Below are positions 1 through 9,000 of a DNA stretch of 10,941 nucleotides, one piece after another. Source of the stretch: Candidatus Heimdallarchaeota archaeon. GTDB lineage: Archaea; Asgardarchaeota; Heimdallarchaeia; Heimdallarchaeales; Heimdallarchaeaceae. The position numbers were made by a program, and so were the translations under genes. The notes beneath the pieces were generated by a model. It worked only from the letters and a program-made list of their open reading frames with translations, did no database searches and was not told where the DNA came from. Position 1 is the first letter of the stretch; the number at the start of each line of letters is the position of its first letter. The stretch covers positions 1 through 10,941 of the forward strand of contig JABCTC010000072.1 of NCBI GenBank assembly GCA_018238545.1, in the 5' to 3' direction.

Positions 1-1
1 T

Positions 2-1531
2 CTCTTTAGGTTTGGTTTCAGGAGCTAGGGTTTTTTTTAACTTCTCTCTAGTAATTCTACGGAGATGGTTTTCAGCTCTTTCATAATCTAAACCTATGTC
101 ATTAGTTCCTTGAATACTTTCTCCTTTCAAAATATCCTCAATAAATTCTGTTTCTTCTTTGGTAAAGTGTCCATACTCATCTTTAGAACCAGTAATAAAA
201 GTCCAACTACCAACTGTTCCTGTTCCCTTTTTGACAGAGAATTTAGCCTTCTTATTGTAGCGGTTTTCAAATTCAGTTTTAAGAAGATCTCTGATAGCTT
301 TTGTTCTTTCCACAGATGTTTCAGGAACTCCTTCAGCTTTGTTTATATCTTTACGTAAATCTTCATACTCATCAATTTCAGCTATACTAAGTAGAGTTTT
401 AAGATGTTTCTTGGCTTGGTCTATATTTTCTATTGTATTTAGATCAGTTGGTTTCTTTGTTTCTTGTTTAGGTTTAAAATCCATTTGTTCATATTTTTCT
501 TTAGTTATTACTTCCCAGCGTTTTTCTTTATAGGTTATATTTGTAGGTTTAAATTTATTAAACCATTTCTCAGCTCCTTCTTTAGAAGTGGATTTGTGTA
601 AGATCTGTCCTGTACCATCAATAATATAATATTGTTTTGGTTTTTCAGCTTGTTTTCTAGCGTCTAATCTAGCAAACTGTTTCTTACTAATCTGAACTTT
701 AGCTTCAGCTATCTCTTTCTTGATGTGTTGATAAGTAGGATCAAACGTTCTTTGTTCAGGAGTTAGTTTCATACCAAGTCTAGCTAGTTCTGATTCATCC
801 TTTCTAGCAATGTCAATTAATTCTTGAATTGAAAGATCATCAGAAATCTTTGATACGTGTTTAGGTGAGGATGGTTTTTCCATATCTTTATATCTTTGAA
901 TGTAGGTTTTTTCCATCTGTTTGTGCATGACTGGATGATCAGGATAACGCAAGTGTAATAGTTCGTGAATTATTACTTTGTCTTGAAAGTCTTTACTTTT
1001 TTCTAGAAGTTCAGGATCAAAACGAACACTATTTGTACTTGTTGCTTCACCCCATTTTTTACCTTTCATGTCTTTAAACAATATAGCTTTGGGTTCGACA
1101 TTCATATCAGCAGCGATATAAGATACTCGTTTAACAAAAGCACTCATTGTATCGTGGTCATAGGTTTTCTCAAGTTTAGGAGGAGTGTCTATTCCTTCTA
1201 CATCTCTTTTAGTAAAATCAAAGAACTGCTTAGCTGTTAAAATTGGAGCTGTTCTAGTATCTTGAGCTCTTATCCTTAGATCTCGTGCTGCTGCTTGAGG
1301 ATTAACTCTTCTTCTAGCAGCAAATTGCAATTCCAGATTATCTTTATCTAATTCATAACCAGTAAAAATTTTACTGTATTCGTACCCAGAACGATTTCTT
1401 AGCACTAAAGCCTTATCTTTTTTAGTTTTAATCGTTCTTTCGCCTTTTCGCAAATTTTCTTTATTCACCCAGAAACCCATCTTTTTAGCTGGTACTGGGA
1501 TATTCAGTTTCTTTGTAACCTTTTTAGGCAT
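2..1531 (-). CDS. Large multidomain protein (>=510 aa, 3' end outside the window) with a YgjP/DUF45-like zinc metallopeptidase domain; polyvalent-protein-like
   Basis: Not in the ORF track. Manual translation from ATG 1531 (MPKKVTKKLNIPVPAKKMGFW...) is open to the window edge. It contains MKGKKWGEATSTNSVRFDPELLEKSKDFQDKVIIHELLHLRYPDH, with HELLH at 953-967 and a third His at 935-937. This matches the YgjP/DUF45 pattern (WG...hhHELxHLxxxxH). The start overlaps the stop of the upstream ORF. Confidence 0.85.
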   Translation of the reverse strand, partial: MPKKVTKKLNIPVPAKKMGFWVNKENLRKGERTIKTKKDKALVLRNRSGYEYSKIFTGYELDKDNLELQFAARRRVNPQAAARDLRIRAQDTRTAPILTAKQFFDFTKRDVEGIDTPPKLEKTYDHDTMSAFVKRVSYIAADMNVEPKAILFKDMKGKKWGEATSTNSVRFDPELLEKSKDFQDKVIIHELLHLRYPDHPVMHKQMEKTYIQRYKDMEKPSSPKHVSKISDDLSIQELIDIARKDESELARLGMKLTPEQRTFDPTYQHIKKEIAEAKVQISKKQFARLDARKQAEKPKQYYIIDGTGQILHKSTSKEGAEKWFNKFKPTNITYKEKRWEVITKEKYEQMDFKPKQETKKPTDLNTIENIDQAKKHLKTLLSIAEIDEYEDLRKDINKAEGVPETSVERTKAIRDLLKTEFENRYNKKAKFSVKKGTGTVGSWTFITGSKDEYGHFTKEETEFIEDILKGESIQGTNDIGLDYERAENHLRRITREKLKKTLAPETKPKE

Positions 1532-1757
1532 TAGTTTCTTCTCCGTTTAGTTCTGTTTCTTCAAGTTTTAGTAGTGCTTTGAGGAAAACTTCACCATGTC
1601 TTTTGATGATCCTTTTCTCTTTACGCATATAATCTTGATATAATTCAAAATTTCCAGAAACTTTTAGAATCGAATAGTTTTCTAGAAATTCTTCTAGACT
1701 TAATTTTCTAATATTATTAAGTCTAGGTTTCATTGTCATTAACTCATTCCAAATCAT
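1524..1757 (-). CDS. Hypothetical protein, 77 aa
   Basis: Fills the gap in the operon exactly: ATGA overlap with the zinc-ribbon gene upstream and an 8-nt overlap with the gene downstream. No recognisable motif. Confidence 0.7.
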   Translation of the reverse strand: MIWNELMTMKPRLNNIRKLSLEEFLENYSILKVSGNFELYQDYMRKEKRIIKRHGEVFLKALLKLEETELNGEETNA

Positions 1758-1912
1758 TTTACATCACTTTTTACTACTGTTGAAAGATAGATGATATTTC
1801 GAGCAAAAACGACTTTACAGCTAGGACAGCGTAAAGTGACCATATCTATGTCATCTTCTATATCTAGATATTTAGGTATGAATTCGCAACCACATCTAGG
1901 ACATTGTACCAT
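1754..1912 (-). CDS. Small zinc-ribbon protein (CPxCG-type), 52 aa
   Basis: Not in the ORF track. Translation: MVQCPRCGCEFIPKYLDIEDDIDMVTLRCPSCKVVFARNIIYLSTVVKSDVK*, with two CxxC knuckles. The ATG directly follows the TAA of the ATPase gene, and the TGA overlaps the next ATG. Confidence 0.85.
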   Translation of the reverse strand: MVQCPRCGCEFIPKYLDIEDDIDMVTLRCPSCKVVFARNIIYLSTVVKSDVK

Positions 1913-3505
1913 TTACTGTCTTACCCCCCGCTCTTTTTCAAGTAATGGCTGTGCTGATTCGGACTGTTTTTGAACTTTATCTTTTGGGTGAACTTGGGGA
2001 GTTTTTTGCGGAGAGGAAGAGAGGGTAAGACGTGAAAGCATTTTCAACCCCTCTGAGAGCGTCATAAACGGATTGTCCGTCCTATCCGAGCCTACAGGTA
2101 AATTGCGTTTTTCACTAATGTATCCTGAATCGAAAATTTGCACGAGATTCCTAGTTAAATCATAGTACAATACGAAAGTTTCGAATCCGTTTTGAGAAAA
2201 AACGTAAGTGGTTTTGTAATGATTTTCCCAAGAATAACTGTTCATTCCTTCACCAACTTTGAGATTAATAATGGTGTTTTCTCCTAAAAGTAGATCATCT
2301 TCATAGATTTTATTGTCTATTGTATGTCTAGGTTTATGAGAATGAGGAATGTCTAAGTCCACACAAGCGTTAAGAACAAATTGCTCAAAAAGTTCTTCTC
2401 CTCGTTTAGCACTAATGTAACCAAAAACAGAAGAATTTTTATCTTTGATCAGATTTCTACGCATATCGAAAACTTTCGTTCTGCCACAAGATAATTTTTT
2501 CCATGTTTCAGGGGAAGCAGGAGGTTCATCCTCTATAACTAAAATCTTCCAGAACTCAGCGTATTTGTCATATTTAGGGTGAATCAACAATTCTTCATAG
2601 ATTTTTTCTTCCCAGTCAAAAACATCTATTTTTGTCCAGTTATGATCTATTGTCGGAATGCCTTCACCTTCGCCTCTTCTCAGAAATTCTACATCCCACA
2701 GATCTGTCTTATCGACAACAGGATTATACCATAACCCTATTTTCTTTGTTGATTCTACCTTATATGTTCCATAACCAAAATAGTGCCCATATTTTTTCAT
2801 GGCTTCGGAAACTTGGTAGACTCTTTTTTTAGATTTAACTAGTGTTCTTTTCTCACTACATTCGTTAAGAAACTTAGCTCCTTTATAAGAGACTAGCTTG
2901 CTAATTTGATGAGTGGAGTCATAGACATTCGCTTCAGTAGGAACGCTTTTGACAATGATTAGGTCGATATCATCTCTGAAAAGTTCAGGAATGGAAAAAT
3001 ATCTGTGAACACCTAAAACTTGAATTAATATCCCTTCATTTAGTCCAGTTTTGTTTTTACAGATCCATCTACGCTTTTTGATATTTACTTTAATATCTTT
3101 ATACTGTTTAGTGAGAGCAGAAGTAACATCTTCAGCACATAAAAGGATATATTTTTTGTTTCTAGGAATTTTCTGGTAGAGAGCTTCTAACTCGGTAGAA
3201 GTTACTTCAGTGAAACTTTCTTCTGTAGGAAAGATATCTTTAAAGAAATCGCAAATAAAATCTATGGTTTCACTTTTTCCAGATTCTTCAGCCCCTACAA
3301 CTAAAATGTAGGTTATGGACCATTGATTTTTTTCTTTAACGGTTGTTTTAGCTTTCTTTTTTAGATAACGAATATAGGCAGGTTTGGGAAAAAGCTCATC
3401 TAAAACTTTGTAAGCTTGTCTTAATCCTTCGTCTTGATCTGGATCATCAAAAGGATTTTTTTGAAATACAATTGTTTTAGGTGGATCATAATCTCCCCAG
3501 CTCAG
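1913..3505 (-). CDS. ~530-aa P-loop ATPase (FtsK-HerA/A32-like packaging-type) with putative HTH and C-terminal PD-(D/E)XK-like nuclease domain; probable CTG start
   Basis: The track ORF 1913..2800 stays open upstream for 236 more codons, to 3508. The extension has Walker A ILVVGAEESGKS (3272-3295), a Walker B-like YILLCAED (3128-3151), and VLGVHRYFSIPELFRDDIDLIIV, which resembles the A32/HerA hhhxQ...P..hR...dhhh motif with His for Gln. The C-terminal half has RGEELFEQFV...EDDLLL...INLKVG. CTG at 3503-3505 lies 7 nt after GGGGGT. Confidence 0.8.
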   Translation of the reverse strand: MSWGDYDPPKTIVFQKNPFDDPDQDEGLRQAYKVLDELFPKPAYIRYLKKKAKTTVKEKNQWSITYILVVGAEESGKSETIDFICDFFKDIFPTEESFTEVTSTELEALYQKIPRNKKYILLCAEDVTSALTKQYKDIKVNIKKRRWICKNKTGLNEGILIQVLGVHRYFSIPELFRDDIDLIIVKSVPTEANVYDSTHQISKLVSYKGAKFLNECSEKRTLVKSKKRVYQVSEAMKKYGHYFGYGTYKVESTKKIGLWYNPVVDKTDLWDVEFLRRGEGEGIPTIDHNWTKIDVFDWEEKIYEELLIHPKYDKYAEFWKILVIEDEPPASPETWKKLSCGRTKVFDMRRNLIKDKNSSVFGYISAKRGEELFEQFVLNACVDLDIPHSHKPRHTIDNKIYEDDLLLGENTIINLKVGEGMNSYSWENHYKTTYVFSQNGFETFVLYYDLTRNLVQIFDSGYISEKRNLPVGSDRTDNPFMTLSEGLKMLSRLTLSSSPQKTPQVHPKDKVQKQSESAQPLLEKERGVRQ

Positions 3506-3508
3506 TAG

Positions 3509-4414
3509 TTAAACCCCCTTTTGTTCGAGTAGTTTTGCGAGTTGGCGTTTTCCTATCTTTTTGCCTAGCTCCTTCTCTTCTCGCTCAATTTCCTCTTTAA
3601 CCTCAAGCAGAACAGTTAAGTCTGCTTTTGCTTCAGCTATTCTTTTATTAAGATTAAGATTAAGCATCTGGTTACAGCCTTTCTGCATCGAGGAAAGCTC
3701 GTTTTTGGATTGAATTAGATCCTCTTTGTCTTGTAGTTGTCGTAGTTTCATAATAGCATATTCTTCATTTGATTCATCGAAATACTCTTTAGTTTCTTTT
3801 CTAATTTCTGAAATATGTTCTTTTATTTCGTCTTTTGCTTCATTCAATTTTCCTATCACCTTTCGTTTTTTTTCATAATTTATTGCTCTTTGAAGAATCT
3901 GTAAGTAGATTTTCAAAGTCATTAAAGCTAATGGACTAGCATCAGCTTCTTCTGGATCTAAAAGATAACCTTCCTTATATTCTTCCTTTTCAGGATTAAG
4001 AACCATATCAACAGCTAGAGCAGCAAGTCTATTTTCCCAAGAATCCAATTTGATTTTAGAAAGCGGAATGGGAGTGATAGCAGGTTGTTTTTGTGCGCTA
4101 TAACTAGCTTTCTCGATCTTAAGAGCAGAACTCATAAGGTATTCTGCATTTTCTTGCCCTTTCTGAGAAAAGTGTTTTATACCTTCTCTGTAAGTATATT
4201 TGTTATTACAGCGGAAAGCTCCTGCAACGAAGTAGATAATGTGCTTCTGATCTTTGAGGAAATTAACTTCAGCATAATAATCCCAAAATTCTAAAGCTAG
4301 TTGGATAGAAGCAAAATTATTAGGCCCCATGTGGAGAGCAGCACCGTACATGTGGTGAATAAAACTCATCCAGTTAGTAGCGTCTAAAGTTTCAGTTCTC
4401 TTCCTCGCTGACAT
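3509..4414 (-). CDS. Hypothetical protein, 301 aa, with a C-terminal E/K-rich coiled coil
   Basis: ORF track. The C-terminal ~130 aa are heptad-like and highly charged (KLNEAKDEIKEHISEIRKETKEY...EVKEEIEREEKEL). It overlaps the upstream gene by 23 nt. Confidence 0.85.
   Translation of the reverse strand: MSARKRTETLDATNWMSFIHHMYGAALHMGPNNFASIQLALEFWDYYAEVNFLKDQKHIIYFVAGAFRCNNKYTYREGIKHFSQKGQENAEYLMSSALKIEKASYSAQKQPAITPIPLSKIKLDSWENRLAALAVDMVLNPEKEEYKEGYLLDPEEADASPLALMTLKIYLQILQRAINYEKKRKVIGKLNEAKDEIKEHISEIRKETKEYFDESNEEYAIMKLRQLQDKEDLIQSKNELSSMQKGCNQMLNLNLNKRIAEAKADLTVLLEVKEEIEREEKELGKKIGKRQLAKLLEQKGV
3513..3518 (-). promoter_or_regulatory. Putative Shine-Dalgarno (GGGGGT) for the CTG-initiated ATPase gene
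   Basis: The minus strand reads AAGGGGGT-TTAACTA-CTG, a 7-nt spacer. Similar GAGG(T) motifs precede the starts at 6046 and 5399. Confidence 0.5.
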
Positions 4415-5399
4415 AATACATCATCACTGCGTCTAGTTCTTCTTTTGATTTAGCTTGACTTAATTCTTTCAATAGACTCTTTTGTCCTTCAATTTCTACT
4501 ACACCATCATAAGGTTCAGTCTTCTTGTCTGTAACCCTCTTAATTCGCAAAAATTCTTCGCCTTTGTGAGGTAGAGCAACGTCTAATACCATTTCTAGTC
4601 TTTCGATAACAACGTTTCTGAGTTGATATTTAGCTTGTAATAATTGCTGTTTAATATCGGCTGTACCTAGAATAGTTTCATAAATAACGTTTTTTTCCAC
4701 TTCTTGTTGTGTAGGAGGTAAACCTTTAATGATCATGGTATAATAATCTCTAATAGGTTCAGTGACAAGAATAGCTTGGTTAAGAAAACATTTTTTGGTT
4801 TCTATATCTGTGATATATAAAGAATCATTTCTCCATGAAAGAGGAACGATATCCAATTCTAAGAAATCTTTGTCTTCTTTACCTTTTTCTTTGAAAACTC
4901 TTTCAGAACCATTTTCTTTAAAATATTGAACAGTTACTTTGTCTAGATAAATGGGTTTATTGCCAAAGAATCTTTTCTCATGCAAAAGATATCCATCGGA
5001 GGTTGTAGTAACTTTGAAAAAGTAAGTATGTTTAGAACCTAGTTCTCGAAAACCTACTTTATCAACATGAATAAAATATTTGATAATGAGGTAGATCAAT
5101 GGAGCAAAGAGCAAAGCTAATCCAGCTCTTGAAACAACAAACCAAATGGCGAGAAAAACCCATTTAAGAACCCAATAAAGCAAAATAAAAATACCTACAA
5201 AGCCAAAGCCCCAGTGCATTTTCATAACAAATATAACAAATGGAAAACCTATAATAAAAAAGAAAATTATAGAGATAATTGTTCCCCAAAACAGTTTAGC
5301 ATGTCTTACAAGTAATTCGTATTTGTATCGTTGCCAAATACTACGAGTAGGAGTGTCTTCTCGCTCTAATTTTATGTTCATCTGTTGTGGATCACTCAT
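4392..5399 (-). CDS. Membrane protein, 335 aa, about 3 N-terminal TM helices and a soluble C-terminal domain
   Basis: Hydrophobic stretches LFWGTIISIIFFFIIGFPFVIFVM, WGFGFVGIFILLYWVLKWVFLAIWFVV and AGLALLFAPLIYLII. ATGA coupling to the upstream gene with a GAGG SD. Confidence 0.85.
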   Translation of the reverse strand: MSDPQQMNIKLEREDTPTRSIWQRYKYELLVRHAKLFWGTIISIIFFFIIGFPFVIFVMKMHWGFGFVGIFILLYWVLKWVFLAIWFVVSRAGLALLFAPLIYLIIKYFIHVDKVGFRELGSKHTYFFKVTTTSDGYLLHEKRFFGNKPIYLDKVTVQYFKENGSERVFKEKGKEDKDFLELDIVPLSWRNDSLYITDIETKKCFLNQAILVTEPIRDYYTMIIKGLPPTQQEVEKNVIYETILGTADIKQQLLQAKYQLRNVVIERLEMVLDVALPHKGEEFLRIKRVTDKKTEPYDGVVEIEGQKSLLKELSQAKSKEELDAVMMYYVSEEEN

Positions 5400-6046
5400 T
5401 TTTGGTCCTCTTTGATTTTGCTTTTAATGAAATGTTTTACGCCCGTACCTTCTCGCTGAATAACTATCACGCCAGTAAAAATTATCATAAAAGGAATGGT
5501 CACTAAGTAACTTAAATTGGTATATAGAATCTCTTGTTTGTGTTTCTCTTCACTCATAGATTCTTCGTCTTCATCACCAGGAGGTCGCCACCAAGACGAT
5601 TCGTCATAAGTATACAGAAGAGATAATTGTGCATAAATTACTTCTCCAGAGAGATCTGTTACAGATGCAGTCCAAATCAAGTGCTCCTTATCCATGTGAG
5701 GACGGACAGTCCATCTCCTTTCTTTTGCTCCTATACCATTTTCGTTATCAATTTCAAGAAACATATCTTCGTCACTATCAAATATACGCAACCTGAAGTT
5801 TCGCTCTGCATCCATGCAAATTACTACGACTGTGATATACATGTAATCTGAACCAGAATTATTAACACCAGTAGTAGTTACAGTTAAAGCACCTGATAAG
5901 TCATCAAATCTTTCAACGTAAGTATACAAACCTGGGGAATCGACTCCTATTCCTTCTTCAGTGGATAAGGCACTTGCTGTTGAACTAAAACAGATAAGAA
6001 ATAGTAATGGGACCACAATTAAGAATAATTTCTTTTTCTTTTTCAC
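5396..6046 (-). CDS. Secreted, C-terminally membrane-anchored protein, 216 aa
   Basis: Class I signal peptide MKKKKKLFLIVVPLLFLICFSSTASA, a beta-rich ectodomain, an acidic linker (PPGDEDEESMSEE), a TM helix (LSYLVTIPFMIIFTGVIVI) and a basic tail. The GTG start overlaps the TGA of the upstream gene, with GAGGT upstream. Confidence 0.85.
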   Translation of the reverse strand: MKKKKKLFLIVVPLLFLICFSSTASALSTEEGIGVDSPGLYTYVERFDDLSGALTVTTTGVNNSGSDYMYITVVVICMDAERNFRLRIFDSDEDMFLEIDNENGIGAKERRWTVRPHMDKEHLIWTASVTDLSGEVIYAQLSLLYTYDESSWWRPPGDEDEESMSEEKHKQEILYTNLSYLVTIPFMIIFTGVIVIQREGTGVKHFIKSKIKEDQK

Positions 6047-9000
6047 TTGTTTAACCTCTCTTTCTTTTTAACGTTTTTATTAACAATATATATAGCAACT
6101 AAAATAATAATGAGTGCAATAGCTGACATACCAGCTATGAATGCTGGTTTTGTCCACCATTTATCTATCACTTCTTCTTCTTCAGGTTCAAAAACCAAAT
6201 CTAATGGTATTACAATCACGTAAGGAACTGTTCTAAGTTCTGGATAATCTGTTATATCATCATATAATTCAACCATAGCACCATTTTCATCATAAGTTGT
6301 TGAACCAACAGAAAGGATTCTAATCTCATAAGTGCGATTACAAACCCAATATTCTGTCTGATAACCAGGAGGGAGTATGGGTGTTGTTTGCCACTCTTCG
6401 CCACTCAAATAAGACCGTATAGAGATTTTATGACTTTCATCATCGTTATTCACTACACCTAAACGATAAACTGGAAGTTCAATAATAGCATAAGCAAAAC
6501 TTGAAATATCTATTGTTAGATTATACATTATTTCTCTACCGAATAAATCTGTGATAGTTAAATTATGGATCGGCATGTTGTTTCTGATTCTTATATAATC
6601 ATTTGCGATAAAAGTATAATTTGAGTAGTCTGGAACATCGTCAATTTCTCCATCAAAAATCAACTTTCCATTAAAATAAGTATTAACCCATGAAACTTCA
6701 AACGCATCTCCAATGGCTAATCCAAGATAATTAGTTGGAACATATCTTATTCGAATATCATAGAACAATTTTGTCTCATACCAAAATTCGTAAGAGATTG
6801 TTGCATTATATTCAGCAATAGGATACCCTTCGCTATCTGTAGAGATATTATAACTGTATATTAATGTGATATTATGTAATCCGACTTTAGATGCCTTAGG
6901 AATTGAATAGCGTGTCTCTGTGCTGTCATCAATGATTAATACACTATCATGCCAGACATCAACCCAGAAGAACGCTAAATTAGTGTAGAGGCTGATATTA
7001 TAGAAGCCCTGACTGTCGGTTCTATAAAGGTCATTTGAAGGGTGTAATGGAGGAATAAGGTTGCTATACCAGGTCATAAAAGTGATATTTTCAGAACCGT
7101 AAGTAAAGACTATAGTAAAGTTGTATAATCCTGCTGCTCTGCTCTTTGGTGAGATAATAATTGTTCCAACAGCCATTCCCGATCCACTACCAATATCTAG
7201 GTCATTTTGATATACAATGTAGGTATAATCAAAATTAGCTGTAGCGTAAATATTCAAATAATCATCAGAAACATAGAAAGATTCAACATAGACACTAAAG
7301 GCAATAGGAGGATAAACAGAATAACTAAAGCTGTGAATAATGTCATCATATCCAGCAGCAGAAAAGATAAGTGTAACATAATGATTACCGACTGTGGTAT
7401 TTTTAACCCAAGTCGTTGTACTCTCTGGATCACTATCTTCGATCAACATTCCATCTTCATAAATAGTGAGAGAATCTAAAGCTGGAAGAGTTGTATCCCA
7501 AGTAATAGTGATAGTTGAACCATCAGTAACTCTGTAATCTGTCAAGTAGAAAGGTGTTCTTGGATTGCTGTAAGTAGTGTTAAACCATATTTCTGTGGAT
7601 TCATAAACAAATTTGATAGCATAAGCAATCGTTATCCCTGCGGTAATATTTTTATTTGTTTCAATGACCGTTCCAGAACCATAAAGAGTTCCAGTTTCAA
7701 TTTCAACATTATCTTCATAAACATAGTAAGAACCATCATAGTTTGCTGTAGCGTAAGTATTCACATAATTATCTGAAACTTGAAAACTACCTATGTCGAC
7801 TTGAAAATCTGCAACAGCATAAATATGATAATTGAAAGAATAAGCTACGGTTGTATAACCATCTGCTTCAAACAATAACGTCACAGAATGAGTTCCAACA
7901 ACAGTAGATTTTGTCCAATCAGAAGGACTAGTTGTGTCTTCATTAACAGTAGTAAGTGCTCCATCCTCATAAACAGTTAGTTTGTCGCTATCAGTCAAAG
8001 AAGTAGCCCAAGTAACTGTTATTGTTGTATCGCCGATATTTACAGAATAAGAAGTAACAAAGAAAACTCCTTCAGTGTTACTATAAGTAGTGTTAAACCA
8101 GATTGTGTCTTCAGCAGCATTCCAGAATTTTATGGCATAGTTGATGAAAGCTCCTTCGGTTGTATCACGATCTGTTTGAATAGATGTGCCAACACTGAAA
8201 AAAGGTGTGGGAGAGTCTGAAGGGATAGCTGTGTTATTCTCATAAACTTGATAATTACCATTCTCACTAGCTGTGATATAGGTGTTGACATATAATTCAC
8301 TCAAATGAAAAGATTCAATGTTGATCTCAAAGATAGCTGAAACAATCTCATAATTAAAAGAATAAATTATATCTTGAAAACCAGCAGCTGAAAAAATCAA
8401 AGTAACGTAATGCACTCCAACAGTAGAAGATTTAGTCCAAGATGAAGGACTGGTTGTATCTGCATTAACTGTAGTAAGTGAACCATCCTCATAAACAGTG
8501 AGAGAATCAATAGTGCTTTTAGAAGTACTCCAGATTATTTCGACATTCTCTTCTCCAATTTCAACAGTATAAGATGAAACGTAAAAAGCAGAGACAGGGT
8601 TATTGTATCTCGTGGTGAATGTAACTGTTTCAGAACCGTAAGTGAATTCTAAGGTTAAGGTTACTTCTGAACCAGGAGTGGTGATTCTTGTTACACTGAT
8701 CGTTGTTCCTTCCTTATCAATATTACCACTACCAGAACCACCTGCAGTTATTTCGTAAGAACAATCATAATTACTCGTGACAAATAAATTAGCATAATCA
8801 TCACTCAAATAGAAATTCTCGACAGAAACACTGAAAGCAGCAGAATCAACAGTGTAGAGATATTCATAAGTAGAACTAAGATAAGCTCTTTCTTCTCCTG
8901 CGCTGAAAAGAACATAAGTAAGATTGTGATTTCCAACAGTGTTATTCTTTAGAATTGTTTCAAGATCCTGATAAACACCTAAATAATTGGAATCAGAATA

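Noticed and set aside
110-533. Plus-strand ORFs 110..358 and 339..533
   Set aside because: They are F/S/L-rich antisense shadows of the K/E-rich minus-strand gene 2..1531, with no motifs.
1791-1973. Plus-strand 60-aa ORF
   Set aside because: It is antisense to the zinc-ribbon gene and the ATPase end, both of which fit the operon with exact start/stop coupling.
1913-2800. 295-aa ORF as a stand-alone gene starting at ATG 2800
   Set aside because: The frame is open upstream through a complete ATPase domain, so this Met is most likely internal.
3509-3511. Genome-wide reassignment of TAA to a sense codon
   Set aside because: TAA ends other genes at positions tightly coupled to the next start (1913-1915, 1524-1526), so it functions as a stop.
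7057-8841. CRISPR array or diversity-generating retroelement TR/VR pair
   Set aside because: The repeats are in-frame protein-domain duplications whose differences are not adenine-specific. There is no repeat-spacer periodicity and no reverse transcriptase or cas gene in the window.
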